58,855 bases of DNA from Syntrophobacterales bacterium (GCA_018433345.1 JAHDRK010000036.1:1-58855); one strand, 5' to 3'. Counted from the first letter of the stretch, positions 1 to 11,910 are shown. Numbers and translations: made by a program. The notes: generated by a model not told the origin, from the letters alone.

Positions 1-114
1 ACCCCGATACAAAACCCATCCTCTCACCCCTTCCCCTTGATCCCCGCCCCCAAGGTAGAGGGGAAATATAAGAGGCAGACCTGTCGCTCGGTCACTTCTT
101 TTCATTCTTCTTCG

Positions 115-141
115 AAATGTCAAGTTTAAAGATTTGACCCC
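115..141 (-). repeat. 27-bp palindromic extragenic repeat, copy 1 (GGGGTCAAATCTTTAAACTTGACATTT on minus strand)
   Basis: Identical to 6833-6859 and 46358-46384; internal inverted arms GTCAA...TTGAC. Confidence 0.9.
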
Positions 142-629
142 GATCCGGGCCCCCATCCGGGCCATCGTCGGAGTGCTTCCATGCCGCCGTAACTAGCGAT
201 AGTGAGACCCCCCGTCCAGACAAGCAGACTGAGGGTCATCCAAAAGAGAAGCTTCCGCCGGGGAGGATCGAAAATAAGCGCTATAACCGTCGCAAGGTGA
301 ATGCCCGTGAGTAGTGGGCCGGCCATGGCGAGACCGGGCATGCCATAATGGTTCCAGATGCGAAGTGCGCGAGACCTCCGGCGTCCCCGACGGTGCAGCC
401 TTTCAGAGAGGGATTTTCCGGCACGCCAGCTCTTCCAACGGTCGTACCCTACAACAATGAGAAAAACCGGAATGGCATTTCCGGCAAAAACAACGATGGC
501 AACGGGAACAGGCTTGAGTCCCATGGCGATACCGAGGGGAACCACGAAAAGCAGCTCGATCCAGGGCGTCGCCGCAAGGAAGAAAAGAACAGTGTATTGC
601 CAAAAAACGCTGTCAATAATGCAACTCAT
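126..629 (-). CDS. small multidrug export-like (COG2426/Sm_multidrug_ex) membrane protein
   Basis: 167 aa, hydrophobic; N-terminal P-W-I-E-L..VP.GI..GL motif; basic cytoplasmic loop; stop codon supplied by the repeat at 115-141. Confidence 0.65.
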   Translation of the reverse strand: MSCIIDSVFWQYTVLFFLAATPWIELLFVVPLGIAMGLKPVPVAIVVFAGNAIPVFLIVVGYDRWKSWRAGKSLSERLHRRGRRRSRALRIWNHYGMPGLAMAGPLLTGIHLATVIALIFDPPRRKLLFWMTLSLLVWTGGLTIASYGGMEALRRWPGWGPGSGSNL

Positions 630-775
630 GGTGATGGTTTCTCGATGCCACTAATCATAAGGGCAACCATACACGCCGACAAAGGGCAACGCAATAGGCC
701 CCTCGCCCCGATTGCTTTTGCCCGTCGTCTGTGATAGGAAAAAATTCACTAAGACAGGGAACTTCCAGGGTTATT

Positions 776-1828
776 ATGGATTACACAACCGGTATAGTCG
801 TTGACAACCGTTACCTGTATCACGATCCCGGGTTCGGTCACCCCGAATCACCGGACCGACTCCTGGCCGTCTACGCCATGCTCGATGAGGATGATATGCG
901 CGGCCGCTTCCTTCGTATTGAGCCGCGAATGGCCGAAACAGGCGAAATCGCCATGGTGCATAGCCGATCATATATCGAGCATGTAGCCTCGACGGCGGGT
1001 GTACCCTGTACGGTCCTCGATTTCGACACCGTCACCTCGGCCGATTCGTGGGACACGGCGCTGCTGGCGGCCGGCGGACTCATGAACGCCGTGGACCGGG
1101 TCATGGAAGGGATCGTGAAAAACGCCTTTGCCTTCGTCAGGCCGCCGGGGCATCACGCCGAAACCGGCGGGTCGGGGGGCTTCTGCATTTTCAATAACGT
1201 GGCGATAGCAGCCGAGCACGCCCGAAAAAAGCACGGCATCAAGCGCATTTTGATCGTGGACTGGGATCTTCACCACGGCAACGGCACACAACATTTCTTT
1301 TATGAAGATTCCGGCGTTCTCTACTTTTCCACGCACCAGTCGCCTTTTTATCCTGGAACGGGGAGCATCGGTGAAATGGGACGGGGCGAGGGTGAAGGAT
1401 ACACCATAAACGTACCCCTTCCCCGAGGGCAGGGCGACGCAGATTACCTGTGGATTTTCAGGAAACTGTTGGAACCGACGGCCATTGCGTACAGGCCGGA
1501 ATTAGTGTTGATATCGGCCGGCTTCGACATCTGCCGGGGAGATTCACTGGGCGCCATGAATGTCTCGGAACACGGCTTAGCGGGCATGACCAGGGTCCTC
1601 ATGAACATAGCCGATAAATGCTGCGAAGGCCGCCTGGCGGCGACCCTGGAGGGTGGTTACAACTTAAGCATGCTGGCCCGGTCGGCGAAAGCAGTCCTAA
1701 AGGAGATGCGCGGCGACACCCGCATCTCCAACGAAGAACTTGATAAAATATCGGAGAAAGCGGAAGAAACAACGAGACAGGTTGCGAACAATGTGATACA
1801 GCGGGCGCGGCGATATTGGCCCCTGTAG
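776..1828 (+). CDS. histone deacetylase family (AcuC/AphA-like) Zn-dependent deacetylase
   Basis: HPESPDR, RPPGHHA, GFCIFNN, DWDLHHGNGT, SAGFD and LEGGY motifs; ATG at 776 preferred over ORF start 731. Confidence 0.93.
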   Translation: MDYTTGIVVDNRYLYHDPGFGHPESPDRLLAVYAMLDEDDMRGRFLRIEPRMAETGEIAMVHSRSYIEHVASTAGVPCTVLDFDTVTSADSWDTALLAAGGLMNAVDRVMEGIVKNAFAFVRPPGHHAETGGSGGFCIFNNVAIAAEHARKKHGIKRILIVDWDLHHGNGTQHFFYEDSGVLYFSTHQSPFYPGTGSIGEMGRGEGEGYTINVPLPRGQGDADYLWIFRKLLEPTAIAYRPELVLISAGFDICRGDSLGAMNVSEHGLAGMTRVLMNIADKCCEGRLAATLEGGYNLSMLARSAKAVLKEMRGDTRISNEELDKISEKAEETTRQVANNVIQRARRYWPL

Positions 1829-1867
1829 TTCTATAATCATGAGATAAACGGCGGAGGACGGGGATAA

Positions 1868-2155
1868 GTGAAGATAACGAAAGAAGAGGTGCAATACGTG
1901 GCGGATCTTGCCAGGTTGACCTTGAGCAAGGAAGAAAAGGAAGTGTTCACCACGCACCTGAATGACATACTCATGTACGTGGACATACTCAAATCAGCGG
2001 ACACGATGGACGTTGAACCCATGAGCCACGTCGTGGAAAGCGCAGAAGCCTTCCGGGATGACGTTGTGACGCCTTCCATAGGTACCGACGCGGCCCTCGC
2101 AAATGCACCCGACCATAACGGATCGGCCTTCAGGGTTCCCCGGGTCATCGAGTAG
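1868..2155 (+). CDS. gatC: Asp/Glu-tRNA amidotransferase subunit C
   Basis: 95 aa; ITKEEVQYVADLARL and F.VP.VIE termini; directly upstream of gatA. Confidence 0.95.
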   Translation: MKITKEEVQYVADLARLTLSKEEKEVFTTHLNDILMYVDILKSADTMDVEPMSHVVESAEAFRDDVVTPSIGTDAALANAPDHNGSAFRVPRVIE

Positions 2156-2227
2156 CGCCTCTGTAACGCCAAAGGGCGACCGGACGGTCATCCCCTTTCT
2201 AAAAAACAACCAACAAAAGGGTTATCC

Positions 2228-3688
2228 ATGGAACTTCATGAACATACAATTCACTCGCTGGAAGAACGGCTACGCGAGGGTGAAATCACATCGTTGGAAA
2301 TTACGAAAGCTATCTTCGAGCGAATCGAGGCCGTCGAGGACAGGGTTCATTCGTATATAACGCTTATGAGAGAGTCGGCCTTCGAAAGCGCCCGCCAATC
2401 GGACAGAAGGCGCGAGAAAGGAGAGACACGGGGGCCCCTGGACGGCATTCCCGTGGCTCTCAAGGATCTTCTCTGCACGAAGGACGCGCCCACCACCTGT
2501 GGATCGCACATCCTGGAGAATTTCATGTCGCCTTACGATGCGTCGGTGGTGGAAAAACTGCGGGCGGCGGGAGCGGTGATTCTGGGAAAGACCAACATGG
2601 ACGAGTTCGCCATGGGATCCTCCACGGAAACCTCCTACTTCGGAGTTACCCGTAACCCCTGGGACCTGGAACGAATCCCGGGCGGATCGAGCGGGGGATC
2701 GGCATCGGCGGTGGCCGCCGGTGAATGTATCGCCTCGCTGGGGTCAGACACGGGCGGGTCAATCCGCCAGCCTGCAGCCCATTGCGGCGTGGTGGGGATG
2801 AAACCCACTTACGGTCGTGTGTCTCGCTACGGTCTCGTCGCCTTCGCCTCATCCCTCGATCAAATCGGATCACTTACCAAAGATATTGAAGACAGCGCCA
2901 TAATACTGGGCGTCATCGCCGGCCACGACAAAAGAGACTCCACGTCCCTCCCCGAGCCGGTCCCCGACTACAGGAAATTTCTTGGACGGGGCATCGAGGG
3001 GTGGGTCGTTGGAATCCCGGAGGAATACTATATAGAAGGAATCGATCCCGAGGCGACCGAGGCGGTGGAGCGGGCGGCGGAGGCGATGAAAGAACTGGGC
3101 GCCGAATGCCGCGAGATCTCCCTACCCCACACCCGCTACGGCATCGCCGCCTACTACATTATAGGACCCGCCGAGGCCAGCTCGAACCTGGCGCGTTACG
3201 ACGGGATACGTTACGGGTTACGTGCCTCTGGCCGGAAACAATTGATCGACCTATACAGATCGACCAGGGCGGCCGGCTTCGGCGCCGAAGTAAAACGCAG
3301 AATCATGATAGGTACCTATGCCCTTTCATCGGGATACTACGACGCTTATTACAAAAAGGCGTCCCAGGTCCGCACCCTCATGAAGCGCGACTTCGATGAC
3401 GCCTTCGGAATATGCGACGTCATACTTACCCCCACCACGCCCACGGCGGCTTTCAGGTTGGGTGAAAAAATCGACGATCCTCTACGGATGTACCTCTCCG
3501 ATGTATTCACTCTTCCGGCGAACCTCGCCGGCATTCCCGGCCTGTCGCTACCCTGCGGTTTTACGGAAAAGGGCCTTCCCCTGGGAATCCAGCTTCTCGC
3601 AGGTTATTTCAAAGAGGACAAACTTCTCCAGGCCGCCTATGCCCTGGAAAAAGCACTCCCAAGAGATCAAAGGAGGCCCGCCCTGTAA
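2228..3688 (+). CDS. gatA: Asp/Glu-tRNA amidotransferase subunit A
   Basis: Amidase signature [43 protein letters not shown]. Confidence 0.97.
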   Translation: MELHEHTIHSLEERLREGEITSLEITKAIFERIEAVEDRVHSYITLMRESAFESARQSDRRREKGETRGPLDGIPVALKDLLCTKDAPTTCGSHILENFMSPYDASVVEKLRAAGAVILGKTNMDEFAMGSSTETSYFGVTRNPWDLERIPGGSSGGSASAVAAGECIASLGSDTGGSIRQPAAHCGVVGMKPTYGRVSRYGLVAFASSLDQIGSLTKDIEDSAIILGVIAGHDKRDSTSLPEPVPDYRKFLGRGIEGWVVGIPEEYYIEGIDPEATEAVERAAEAMKELGAECREISLPHTRYGIAAYYIIGPAEASSNLARYDGIRYGLRASGRKQLIDLYRSTRAAGFGAEVKRRIMIGTYALSSGYYDAYYKKASQVRTLMKRDFDDAFGICDVILTPTTPTAAFRLGEKIDDPLRMYLSDVFTLPANLAGIPGLSLPCGFTEKGLPLGIQLLAGYFKEDKLLQAAYALEKALPRDQRRPAL

Positions 3689-5121
3689 TGGAATTCGAAC
3701 CGGTTATCGGACTTGAAGTTCACGCCCAGCTTCTTACAAACTCCAAGATATTTTGCGGCTGTTCAACCAAGTTCGGCGCGCCCCCCAACAGCCACACTTG
3801 TCCCGTATGCCTGGGTATGCCGGGGGTTTTGCCCGTGTTGAACCGAATCGTCGTGGAGTACGCCATCAAGATGGCCCTTGCCGTAAACTGCACAATCAAC
3901 CCTCTCAGTGAATGGGCTCGAAAAAACTATTTTTACCCTGATCTCCCCAAGGGATACCAGATAACACAATACGCCTATCCCCTGGCCGAACACGGATGGG
4001 TGGAGATAGAGACCAACGGTGAAACGAAGCGGATAGGTATTGCCCGCATCCACATGGAAGAAGACGCGGGGAAGTTGATTCACGACGAGAAGATCCCCGT
4101 CAGTTACGTGGACATGAACCGAGCGGGCGTACCGTTAATAGAAATCGTGAGCGAACCGGAAATAAGAAGCCCGGAGGAAGGTGCGGATTATCTCCGGCGG
4201 CTCCACGAAATTCTCGTATACCTGGAAATATGCGACGGCAACATGGAAGAAGGCAGCTTCCGGTGCGACGCCAACGTGTCGCTACGTCCGAAGGGGCAGG
4301 AGTCCTTCGGAACTCGAACGGAACTGAAGAACATGAATTCCTTCCGCAACGTCCAGCGCGCCCTCGAATACGAAATCAAACGCCAGAAATATATACTTGA
4401 GAACGGCGGCCGGGTGGTCCAGGAAACCCGTCTCTGGGACGACGCCGAAGGGGCTACCTTCCCCATGCGCGGGAAGGAAGAAGCACACGATTACCGATAT
4501 TTCCCCGATCCGGACCTGCCGCCGCTGGTGGTTTCGTCCCGGTGGGTGGAGGACATAGGCAGGACCCTTCCCGAACTGCCTTCAGAAAAGAGAAAGCGCT
4601 TTATCAGGAACTACGGCATTCCACCCTATGACGCGGAAGTCCTAACCTCAAGCCGGGCACTGGCCGACTATTTCGAAGCCGTGGCGGCGCGATGCGGAAA
4701 GAGTAAAGCGGCAAGCAACTGGGTCATGGGCGACATCATGGGTCACCTAAAAGAGGACAAACTCGAAATGAACGAATGCCCCGTGGCCGCGGAATCCCTT
4801 GGAGACCTGATCAAACTCATCGAGGACGGTACCATAAGCGGCAAGATGGCGAAGGAGGTCTTTGAAGAAATGTGGCGTTCCGGCAAGGAGCCGGCGGTGA
4901 TCATAAAAGAAAAAGGCATGGAGCAAATCACGGATCCCTCCGCATTGGAAAAGGTCATCGACGATATCCTCGCAGCCCATCCCACCCAGGTGGAACAATA
5001 CAAGGGAGGCAAGGAAAAGGTCTTCGGCTTCTTCGTGGGCCAGGTCATGAAGGCCACGAAGGGCCAGGCGAACCCCACAATGGTCAACGATATTTTGAAA
5101 GAAAAACTCGGCGCCCTATGA
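3688..5121 (+). CDS. gatB: Asp/Glu-tRNA amidotransferase subunit B
   Basis: [49 protein letters not shown]. Confidence 0.97.
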   Translation: MEFEPVIGLEVHAQLLTNSKIFCGCSTKFGAPPNSHTCPVCLGMPGVLPVLNRIVVEYAIKMALAVNCTINPLSEWARKNYFYPDLPKGYQITQYAYPLAEHGWVEIETNGETKRIGIARIHMEEDAGKLIHDEKIPVSYVDMNRAGVPLIEIVSEPEIRSPEEGADYLRRLHEILVYLEICDGNMEEGSFRCDANVSLRPKGQESFGTRTELKNMNSFRNVQRALEYEIKRQKYILENGGRVVQETRLWDDAEGATFPMRGKEEAHDYRYFPDPDLPPLVVSSRWVEDIGRTLPELPSEKRKRFIRNYGIPPYDAEVLTSSRALADYFEAVAARCGKSKAASNWVMGDIMGHLKEDKLEMNECPVAAESLGDLIKLIEDGTISGKMAKEVFEEMWRSGKEPAVIIKEKGMEQITDPSALEKVIDDILAAHPTQVEQYKGGKEKVFGFFVGQVMKATKGQANPTMVNDILKEKLGAL

Positions 5122-6158
5122 TACGGACTATCGACTGGCAGGATGATTCGGTGGTCATGCTCGACCAAAAGGCGCTTCCCGAAAGGGAAATTTACGTCCC
5201 ATGCCGGGATTACGATGAAGTGTGCGCCGCCATTCGAGACATGACTATCAGGGGTGCGCCAGCGATCGGCATTGCCGCCGCAATGGGGGCGGCGCTTGGA
5301 TTTCTCAGACACGGCCGGGGATCGAAGGACCACCAACGGGAGACAGTGGAACGTGTCTGCGGGGAACTTGCGGCGACTCGTCCCACCGCGGCGAACCTGT
5401 TTCGTGCCCTGGAACGCGTTAAAGAGCGGTTTAGGAAGTGCGCGGAAGATGACTTCGAGAGCACGGCGGCCGCCCTCAAAGAGGAAGCCATGCATATGCT
5501 GGAAGAAGACATAAAGGCGAATCGCGTAATGGGAAGGCTCGGCTGCGGCCTTGTCCCCCCGGGAAGCGCCGTGCTGACACACTGTAACGCGGGGGCCCTA
5601 GCCACGGGCGGTTACGGGACGGCGTTGGGCATAGTCAGGGCGGCCCACGAAGCTGGAAGAAATCCCCGGGTATTCGCCGACGAGACGCGTCCCCTGCTCC
5701 AGGGATCTCGGCTCACGGCATGGGAAATGGTAAAAGAGGGCATACCCGTAACGGTGATTACCGACTCGGCTGCCGGTTCCCTCATGGCATCGGGAGAAGT
5801 CGACCTGGTACTTGTGGGCGCCGACAGGATCGCCGCGAACGGCGACACGGCGAACAAGATCGGAACTTATCCCCTGGCCCTCTTGGCCCACGAGCACGGA
5901 ATACCCTTTTACGTGGCCGCCCCCACTTCTACCATCGATACCGCAACGTCCACGGGAAAGGATATTCCGATAGAAGAACGCGGCGCCCTGGAGGTTCTCA
6001 CAATCGCCGGAAGACCCACGGCGCCCGCGGTCGCAAAGGCCCGCAACCCGGCTTTCGACGTGACGCCTCACAGGCTTATCACGGCGATTATTACCGAGAG
6101 GGGGATTTTGAGAGAACCCTTCGATCGCTCCATCGTGGAGCTTATGGAAAATTATTAA
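5118..6158 (+). CDS. mtnA: S-methyl-5-thioribose-1-phosphate isomerase
   Basis: [49 protein letters not shown]; ATGA overlap with gatB stop places the start at 5118. Confidence 0.94.
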   Translation: MIRTIDWQDDSVVMLDQKALPEREIYVPCRDYDEVCAAIRDMTIRGAPAIGIAAAMGAALGFLRHGRGSKDHQRETVERVCGELAATRPTAANLFRALERVKERFRKCAEDDFESTAAALKEEAMHMLEEDIKANRVMGRLGCGLVPPGSAVLTHCNAGALATGGYGTALGIVRAAHEAGRNPRVFADETRPLLQGSRLTAWEMVKEGIPVTVITDSAAGSLMASGEVDLVLVGADRIAANGDTANKIGTYPLALLAHEHGIPFYVAAPTSTIDTATSTGKDIPIEERGALEVLTIAGRPTAPAVAKARNPAFDVTPHRLITAIITERGILREPFDRSIVELMENY

Positions 6159-6209
6159 ATGGCGCGGTGACCTCTTCACCGGCGCCGTTTTAAAGAACCG
6201 GAGCCCTTT

Positions 6210-6830
6210 ATGAACCGACTCTACCTCTTTGATTTCGACGGCGTTATCGCCGACTCTTACCCGCTCTATGAACAGTTCATCGCCTCTTGCCTCAAAAACA
6301 TCGACCCCTCGTTGATTACAAAGGCATCGGACTTCCTGGATTTTTTTGACGAAAACTTCTACGAGGCGATCGAAAAGAAAGGCGTGCCCTTTGACACGTT
6401 CATGGAAGCCGCGGCCGCCTTCGGTCACCTGGACTATTCCGAGATCGAACCCTTCCCGGATATCGTTCCCGTCCTGAAAGATCTCTCGAAGGTGCACCCC
6501 CTGGTAATCATCTCTTCAAATCAATCGCCGACGATTGAAGAAGTGCTGTCGAGGGCGGGCATATCAGATCTTTTCCATTCCGTCCTCGGAGCCGACCACA
6601 TGACCAGTAAAACCAAGAAGATCTACCATGCCATGAAGACCATGGACAAGGAGCCCGAACAAACATTCTACATCGGTGACACGTCGGGAGACATCAGGGA
6701 AGCCAACCGTGCCGGCGTCAGATCCGTGGCGGTGACCTGGGGATGGCATGACGAAGAACGACTGAGGGCGGCCGGGCCCGACTACATCGTAAAAACCCCC
6801 GCCGAATTGATAAAACTGGACGGATGCTGA
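6210..6830 (+). CDS. HAD family hydrolase (phosphoglycolate phosphatase-like)
   Basis: FDFDGVIADS motif I; YIGDTSGD motif IV; VTWGW. Confidence 0.88.
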   Translation: MNRLYLFDFDGVIADSYPLYEQFIASCLKNIDPSLITKASDFLDFFDENFYEAIEKKGVPFDTFMEAAAAFGHLDYSEIEPFPDIVPVLKDLSKVHPLVIISSNQSPTIEEVLSRAGISDLFHSVLGADHMTSKTKKIYHAMKTMDKEPEQTFYIGDTSGDIREANRAGVRSVAVTWGWHDEERLRAAGPDYIVKTPAELIKLDGC

Positions 6831-6832
6831 TT

Positions 6833-6878
6833 GGGGTCAAATCTTTAAACTTGACATTTGGGGAAAAAGATATGGGTG
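6833..6878 (+). repeat. 27-bp palindromic repeat, copy 2, with 3' extension shared with copy 3
   Basis: 6833-6859 identical to the other copies; following GGG(G/A)AAAAAGAT..GGGTG shared with 46385-46403. Confidence 0.9.
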
Positions 6879-6917
6879 AAGGGTAAAAGGCTATAGGCGA
6901 GGGGCCGTAAATTTCCC

Positions 6918-6958
6918 CCGTTCATCCTGAGCCCTTCGACAGGGCTCAGTGCGAACGG
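6918..6958. repeat. REP-like hairpin CCGTTC..CTGAGCCC-TTCGACA-GGGCTCAG..GAACGG
   Basis: Nested inverted repeat between convergent HAD and ftsH genes; single copy in this window. Confidence 0.55.
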
Positions 6959-7104
6959 TCTTACTGCGGCTGATTAAACGAAGGTATGAAAAGCTTCGAT
7001 CAATAATAGGGGAGTGGGTAAGAGCCCAGGGGTGAGAAGCGTTATCCAACGGTCCGATCCTGCAAAAAAATTGTAGTTAAACCCCTCCGGCGACAGCCGG
7101 ACGT

Positions 7105-8937
7105 CTACGCGGACGCCTCCCCTTCTTTTTCCTTTCGACTTTTTTCTATGAGGGCGACGATTTCTTCCCGCTCGAGCTTTTCCTTTTCCAGGAGCAGGCG
7201 CGCCCCCTCCCTCAGGATCGGCTCCTGCTCCCTAAGCAGATTCAACGCCCTTTCATACTGTTCGGTGATGATTTTTTTGACCTCATCGTCAATGGCCTGC
7301 GCCGTCGCTTCGCTGTATTCACCAGTCGGCTGCGGAAATCCTATGTCGAGGAATATGTTGGTCTTTTCCCGTGACAGGTAAATCTGCCCCAGGGAGGAAC
7401 TCATGCCGTATTCCTTGACCATGCTTCGCGCTATATCGGTCGCACGGGCCAGGTCATTGTGAGCCCCCGTCGAGATGTCACCGAAGATGATTTCTTCGGC
7501 TGCCCTGCCACCGAGCAGCGAAGCGATCTTGTTCAGCAGCTCCGTTTTGGTCATGAGATACCTGTCTTCCGTCGGTAACTGTATGGTGTAGCCAAGCGCC
7601 GCCACGCCCCTGGGGATGATGGAAATTTTGTGGACCGGGTCTGTCCCCGGCAATGCCAAGGCTACCAGGGCATGTCCCATTTCATGGTAGGCCACGATTT
7701 CACGCTCCCGAGGATTGATTAGACGATTCTTCTTTTCCAGTCCCGCCAGGATACGTTCCACGGCTTCCTCGAATTCCGCCATGCTCACGGCCTGCTTGTT
7801 CCTCCGCGCCGCCAGGAGGGCGGCTTCGTTTACGAGGTTCGCCAGGTCGGCCCCTACCATCCCGGGAGTCATGTCTGCAAGCGTTTCTATATCCACGGTA
7901 TCATCTATCTTGACGTTCTTGAGATGGACGCGGAGGATGTCTTCTCTTCCCTTTTTGTCAGGTCGATCCACCAGTATGTGGCGGTCGAATCTCCCCGGCC
8001 TGAGAAGGGCGGGATCAAGGATTTCGGGGCGATTCGTAGCCGCCAAGATTATGATGCCCACCTTCGGATCGAAGCCGTCCATTTCCACTAGTAACTGGTT
8101 GAGCGTCTGCTCACGCTCGTCGTGTCCTCCCGTCACTCCAACGCCTCTTGCCTTGCCCAAGGCGTCCAATTCATCGATGAAGATTATGCAAGGAGCCTTC
8201 TGTTTTGCCTGTTCGAAGAGATCCCTCACTCTCGCGGCACCTACTCCAACGAACATTTCCACGAACTCGGAACCGCTTATGGAGAAAAAGGGAACACCGC
8301 TTTCACCCGCCACTGCCTTGGCAAGCAACGTCTTGCCTGTTCCGGGCGGTCCTACCAGTAGTATCCCCTTGGGAATCTTGCCGCCCAGGGCGGTGAACTT
8401 GTTGGGGGTTTTGAGGAATTCTATGATTTCCTGCAGTTCTTCCTTGGCCTCGTCCACGCCCGCCACGTCATCGAAGGTGACGTTCAGTTCATTTTCCATG
8501 TAGATCCGCGCCTTGGTTTTTCCGAAGGTCATGAATCCCGGTCGTCCCCCCTGTATTCGCTGAACCAGGTAATACCAAACGCCCACGAATATGAGGAGAG
8601 GCAGGAGCCATGACAGGAGATCCCTCATAAAGGTGGATTCCACTTCCCCCGTGAAGGTGACGTTGTGTTCCTTGAGCAGTTCTGAAAGTTCGTGATCCAC
8701 CCGGACAGTCCTGAAACTCTTTTCTCGATTCCCCGGCCCTTCACTCAGCATTTTGCCGGTGATTATATTTTCAGATATCGCCACCTCGGTTATTTTCCCT
8801 TCCTTGAGGAGAGAAAGAAATTGGCTGTAGGGAATCGTCTGTATCGCCAGGAGGGATGCGAGATAAGTCTGTACGATGAGAACCACCCAAAAACCGAGGA
8901 GCACGTACCAAATAGAAAATTTGTGGTGTTTTTCCAT
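7105..8937 (-). CDS. ftsH: ATP-dependent zinc metalloprotease FtsH
   Basis: Two TM segments, GPPGTGKT Walker A, FIDELD Walker [15 protein letters not shown] zinc motif. Confidence 0.96.
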   Translation of the reverse strand: MEKHHKFSIWYVLLGFWVVLIVQTYLASLLAIQTIPYSQFLSLLKEGKITEVAISENIITGKMLSEGPGNREKSFRTVRVDHELSELLKEHNVTFTGEVESTFMRDLLSWLLPLLIFVGVWYYLVQRIQGGRPGFMTFGKTKARIYMENELNVTFDDVAGVDEAKEELQEIIEFLKTPNKFTALGGKIPKGILLVGPPGTGKTLLAKAVAGESGVPFFSISGSEFVEMFVGVGAARVRDLFEQAKQKAPCIIFIDELDALGKARGVGVTGGHDEREQTLNQLLVEMDGFDPKVGIIILAATNRPEILDPALLRPGRFDRHILVDRPDKKGREDILRVHLKNVKIDDTVDIETLADMTPGMVGADLANLVNEAALLAARRNKQAVSMAEFEEAVERILAGLEKKNRLINPREREIVAYHEMGHALVALALPGTDPVHKISIIPRGVAALGYTIQLPTEDRYLMTKTELLNKIASLLGGRAAEEIIFGDISTGAHNDLARATDIARSMVKEYGMSSSLGQIYLSREKTNIFLDIGFPQPTGEYSEATAQAIDDEVKKIITEQYERALNLLREQEPILREGARLLLEKEKLEREEIVALIEKSRKEKEGEASA

Positions 8938-9244
8938 GTCCTTGACTCCGTCTGCTCTTCTCTGAGCCTCAGATTGTCACTGCATGCAAAATTATAATAA
9001 ATATAACATATAGTTTCCTATATTCAAGTTCTGTTCTCCGACAAAATGTTCAGAAACTCGCTTTTCCCCCTATAATCTTTTTCAGCTGGTAGAGAACAAG
9101 TAGAAAAGGGGCCATCCGCCTAAACGACTTAAAGGCGGGTCCTGTCCCCTGTAATATGGTTGGTATCGCTGAATTCCGCCTTGCTTTTTCATTATGGCCG
9201 CATAACATGGTACAAAAAACCTTTTTGAAGTGTGGAGGTGAATC

Positions 9245-10363
9245 ATGCGGACGAGCAGGCACGTTGTCGAGCGGATGATCTCCGGAACGGGTGTTGGGAT
9301 CGACGGTTCCAACCCTTGGGACATACGGGTAAAGGATGAGAGATTTTATTCCAGGGTTCTCAAAGATGGCAGTCTGGGTCTAGGCGAATCCTACATGGAA
9401 GGTTGGTGGGAATGCGACCGGATAGACGAGCTTGTCTGTCGTCTCATGAAGGCGGACATCAAGGGGAAACTTCGAGGTGATATAAAGGCGGTTCTTTTTT
9501 ATCTCACGGCTCGAATCTTCAACCTTCAGTCCCTTGCCCGGTCCGGCATTGTCGCGAAAAGGCATTACGACATCGGGAACGACCTGTTCTTATCCTTTCT
9601 CGATTCGAACAATCAGTATAGCTGCGCCTATTTTGACGGAACCGATGACTTGGAAGAGGCGCAAGAAAAGAAACTCGATCTCATCTGCCGTAAGCTCGAT
9701 TTAAAGCCGGGAGATCGACTGTTGGATATCGGTTGCGGTTGGGGAGGCCTTGCCCGGTACGCGGCGGAGCGCCGCGGATGTGAAGTGACCGCGGTCAATA
9801 TTTCCGATGAACAGATAAAGTACGCCCGCGAAGCATGCCGCGACCTTTCGGTCGAGGTGGTAAAGAAGGACTATAGGCGGATTGAAGGTAGTTACGACAA
9901 GATTGTATCGGTGGGCATGTTCGAACACGTGGGCGTGAAAAATTACAGGACCTTCATGAGGGTCGTCCGGCGGTCCCTGAAAGAGAAGGGCATTTTCCTG
10001 CTTCACACTATCGGCGCGAACGTCTCGGGTATCAACCGCGATCCCTGGATAAACCGGTATATATTCCCCAACGGGATGTTGCCGAGCATCGCTCAGATCG
10101 CGAAGGCCGCCGAGGGTTTATTCGTGATCGAGGACTTGCATAACATGGGTCCTCATTACGACAAGACGCTCATGTGCTGGAATGAACGTTTCCAGGCGGC
10201 GTGGCAGCGGCTGTCTCAGAAATATGACGAAACATTCAAGAGAATGTGGGAATTTTACCTGCTTTCCTGCGCGGGGGTTTTCCGGGCACGGCATACGCAG
10301 GTATGGCAAATTGTAATGACGAGGATAGGCGCCGAACAGCCGAGATGTCGGTTTGCCCGATGA
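9245..10363 (+). CDS. cfa: cyclopropane-fatty-acyl-phospholipid synthase
   Basis: GSLGLGESYM.GWW, HYDIGND, YSCAY, LDIGCGWGG, SVGMFEHVG, YIFPNG. Confidence 0.94.
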   Translation: MRTSRHVVERMISGTGVGIDGSNPWDIRVKDERFYSRVLKDGSLGLGESYMEGWWECDRIDELVCRLMKADIKGKLRGDIKAVLFYLTARIFNLQSLARSGIVAKRHYDIGNDLFLSFLDSNNQYSCAYFDGTDDLEEAQEKKLDLICRKLDLKPGDRLLDIGCGWGGLARYAAERRGCEVTAVNISDEQIKYAREACRDLSVEVVKKDYRRIEGSYDKIVSVGMFEHVGVKNYRTFMRVVRRSLKEKGIFLLHTIGANVSGINRDPWINRYIFPNGMLPSIAQIAKAAEGLFVIEDLHNMGPHYDKTLMCWNERFQAAWQRLSQKYDETFKRMWEFYLLSCAGVFRARHTQVWQIVMTRIGAEQPRCRFAR

Positions 10364-10422
10364 AAAAAGGAGATGGCGCCATTGGTTGCAGTTCTTGGAT
10401 GATTGAATGAAGGAGGCTTCTC

Positions 10423-11169
10423 ATGGAATTCGAAAAAAAGGGTGTCGATGATTTGGACAAGGAAGAACTGTGCCGTTTCATCATCGACATGTTACACCGC
10501 ACCGTTGTTCACCATACTCTTTGGTTCAGGGAGGTGGAGCACCAGATGGGATTCGAAAAGGCTCTCGGGGTCATGAAAACCGCCTGGAAGGCGAGTTACG
10601 ATGCCCAGATGAGCCGTCTCGGGCGTCTCTTGGGTTTCGAAATGAAGGACGGGATACCGTCTCCGCTGCTCGATTTGACACGGGAAAAACTTCTCGAACT
10701 GGTCGGAGCGCTCGGCGTGAACTGGATTGCCGGCGACGGTCTTTGGTTCCAGGCCGTGGAGAAGGCCTATGGAATGAATGATGCCAAGAGGTGCAATGAT
10801 TCGTGCTGGACACGCTTTTCTCCCTTCGAGGCCTGGTCGATAAGAGAGTTTCTCGGGCTTCCCGATAATCCGGGACTGGAGGGGCTGAAGCAGGCATTGA
10901 AGTTCAGGATGTACGCCTCCGTGAACCTGCAATCAATCGTTGACGAAGGCACGGACGGTTTCGTTTTCCGTATGGATGACTGCAGGGTACAGTCTGCCCG
11001 TAAACGCAAGGGACTTGAGGATTATCCCTGCAAGTCGGCCGGCCTGGTGGAATACAGCCGTTTCGCGGAAGGGATCGATCCGAGAATTCGCACGGAGTGC
11101 GTCGCCTGTCCGCCCGACCCCCACCCGGAAGACTGGTTCTGCGCGTGGCGTTTCTCTCTCCCGCCGTAA
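10423..11169 (+). CDS. DUF6125-like conserved cysteine-containing protein
   Basis: Duplicated LWF..VE...G...A helix; CRVQ.AR...GL..YPCK and C..CPPD..P..W.C motifs; GGAGG RBS. Confidence 0.6.
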   Translation: MEFEKKGVDDLDKEELCRFIIDMLHRTVVHHTLWFREVEHQMGFEKALGVMKTAWKASYDAQMSRLGRLLGFEMKDGIPSPLLDLTREKLLELVGALGVNWIAGDGLWFQAVEKAYGMNDAKRCNDSCWTRFSPFEAWSIREFLGLPDNPGLEGLKQALKFRMYASVNLQSIVDEGTDGFVFRMDDCRVQSARKRKGLEDYPCKSAGLVEYSRFAEGIDPRIRTECVACPPDPHPEDWFCAWRFSLPP

Positions 11170-11367
11170 TGTCCGTCCGGCATGCACGGTGTCTGTGAGA
11201 TCGCCGAGCCGAAATTTCCCGTTGTCTTTCAAGTCCCGTGAAAAGGTTCGGAAGCCGATTTCTCTCCTTGATTCTGATTATAATTGACATGAATACCGTA
11301 CTTCCTTAAGATTCAATGCAATGAACAAACAGTATCACGAAACTTGGGCGGGAAGGGAAACTCGATC

Positions 11368-11895
11368 ATGGAACTTGTAAGAGACGTTCAGGCGGGCAAG
11401 AAACCTTTCAAGAGAGCCTACGTCGGGATTTTCCTCTGGTTTACCGGCAAGGCCGTCCAGGCGGCGGCCAGGTCGGACGAACAAGTCAAAAGGGAATTCG
11501 ACGCCCTTCCCGATGATTTCGCCTTTTCCATGGGTTGCCTTCCAAACGGCCCATGGATGGTGGTGGGGAAAGAAGAAGGCGCCGTGAAGTACCTGGGAGG
11601 CAATCCCGAGGGCAGGCATCAACATCTCCGCCTGAAAATCAAAAACCTGGAGGCGGCCTTCCTGATCTTGACTTTCCAGGAAAGCACGGCCATGGCCACC
11701 GTCCGCAACCGTATTATAACCGACGGGGAACTGCCCCATGCACTCGCGGTTATGCGTGTTCTCGATATCGTGGAGGTTTACCTGCTGCCCCGCCGGATCG
11801 CCAAGTTGGCCGTGAAGCGTTATCCCCGCTGGCCCTTGAAAAGGAAGCTCTTCGGCCGGTTTGCCGTCTATACCCGCACGTTGCTGGGTTTCTGA
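11368..11895 (+). CDS. hypothetical protein, possible SCP2 (sterol-carrier/lipid-binding)-like fold
   Basis: About 175 aa; L.IK..EAA...........A....RI..DG.L pattern recalls SCP2 domains; heads the ADH-AOR operon. Confidence 0.5.
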   Translation: MELVRDVQAGKKPFKRAYVGIFLWFTGKAVQAAARSDEQVKREFDALPDDFAFSMGCLPNGPWMVVGKEEGAVKYLGGNPEGRHQHLRLKIKNLEAAFLILTFQESTAMATVRNRIITDGELPHALAVMRVLDIVEVYLLPRRIAKLAVKRYPRWPLKRKLFGRFAVYTRTLLGF

Positions 11896-11910
11896 CAGAA
11901 GGGAAATTCT

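Noticed and set aside
4872-5117. N-terminal extension of MtnA in the ORF track (similar extensions for ADH, hypB, ccsA, trpA)
   Set aside because: These overlap upstream genes out of frame; downstream ATGs with stop-start overlap fit family starts
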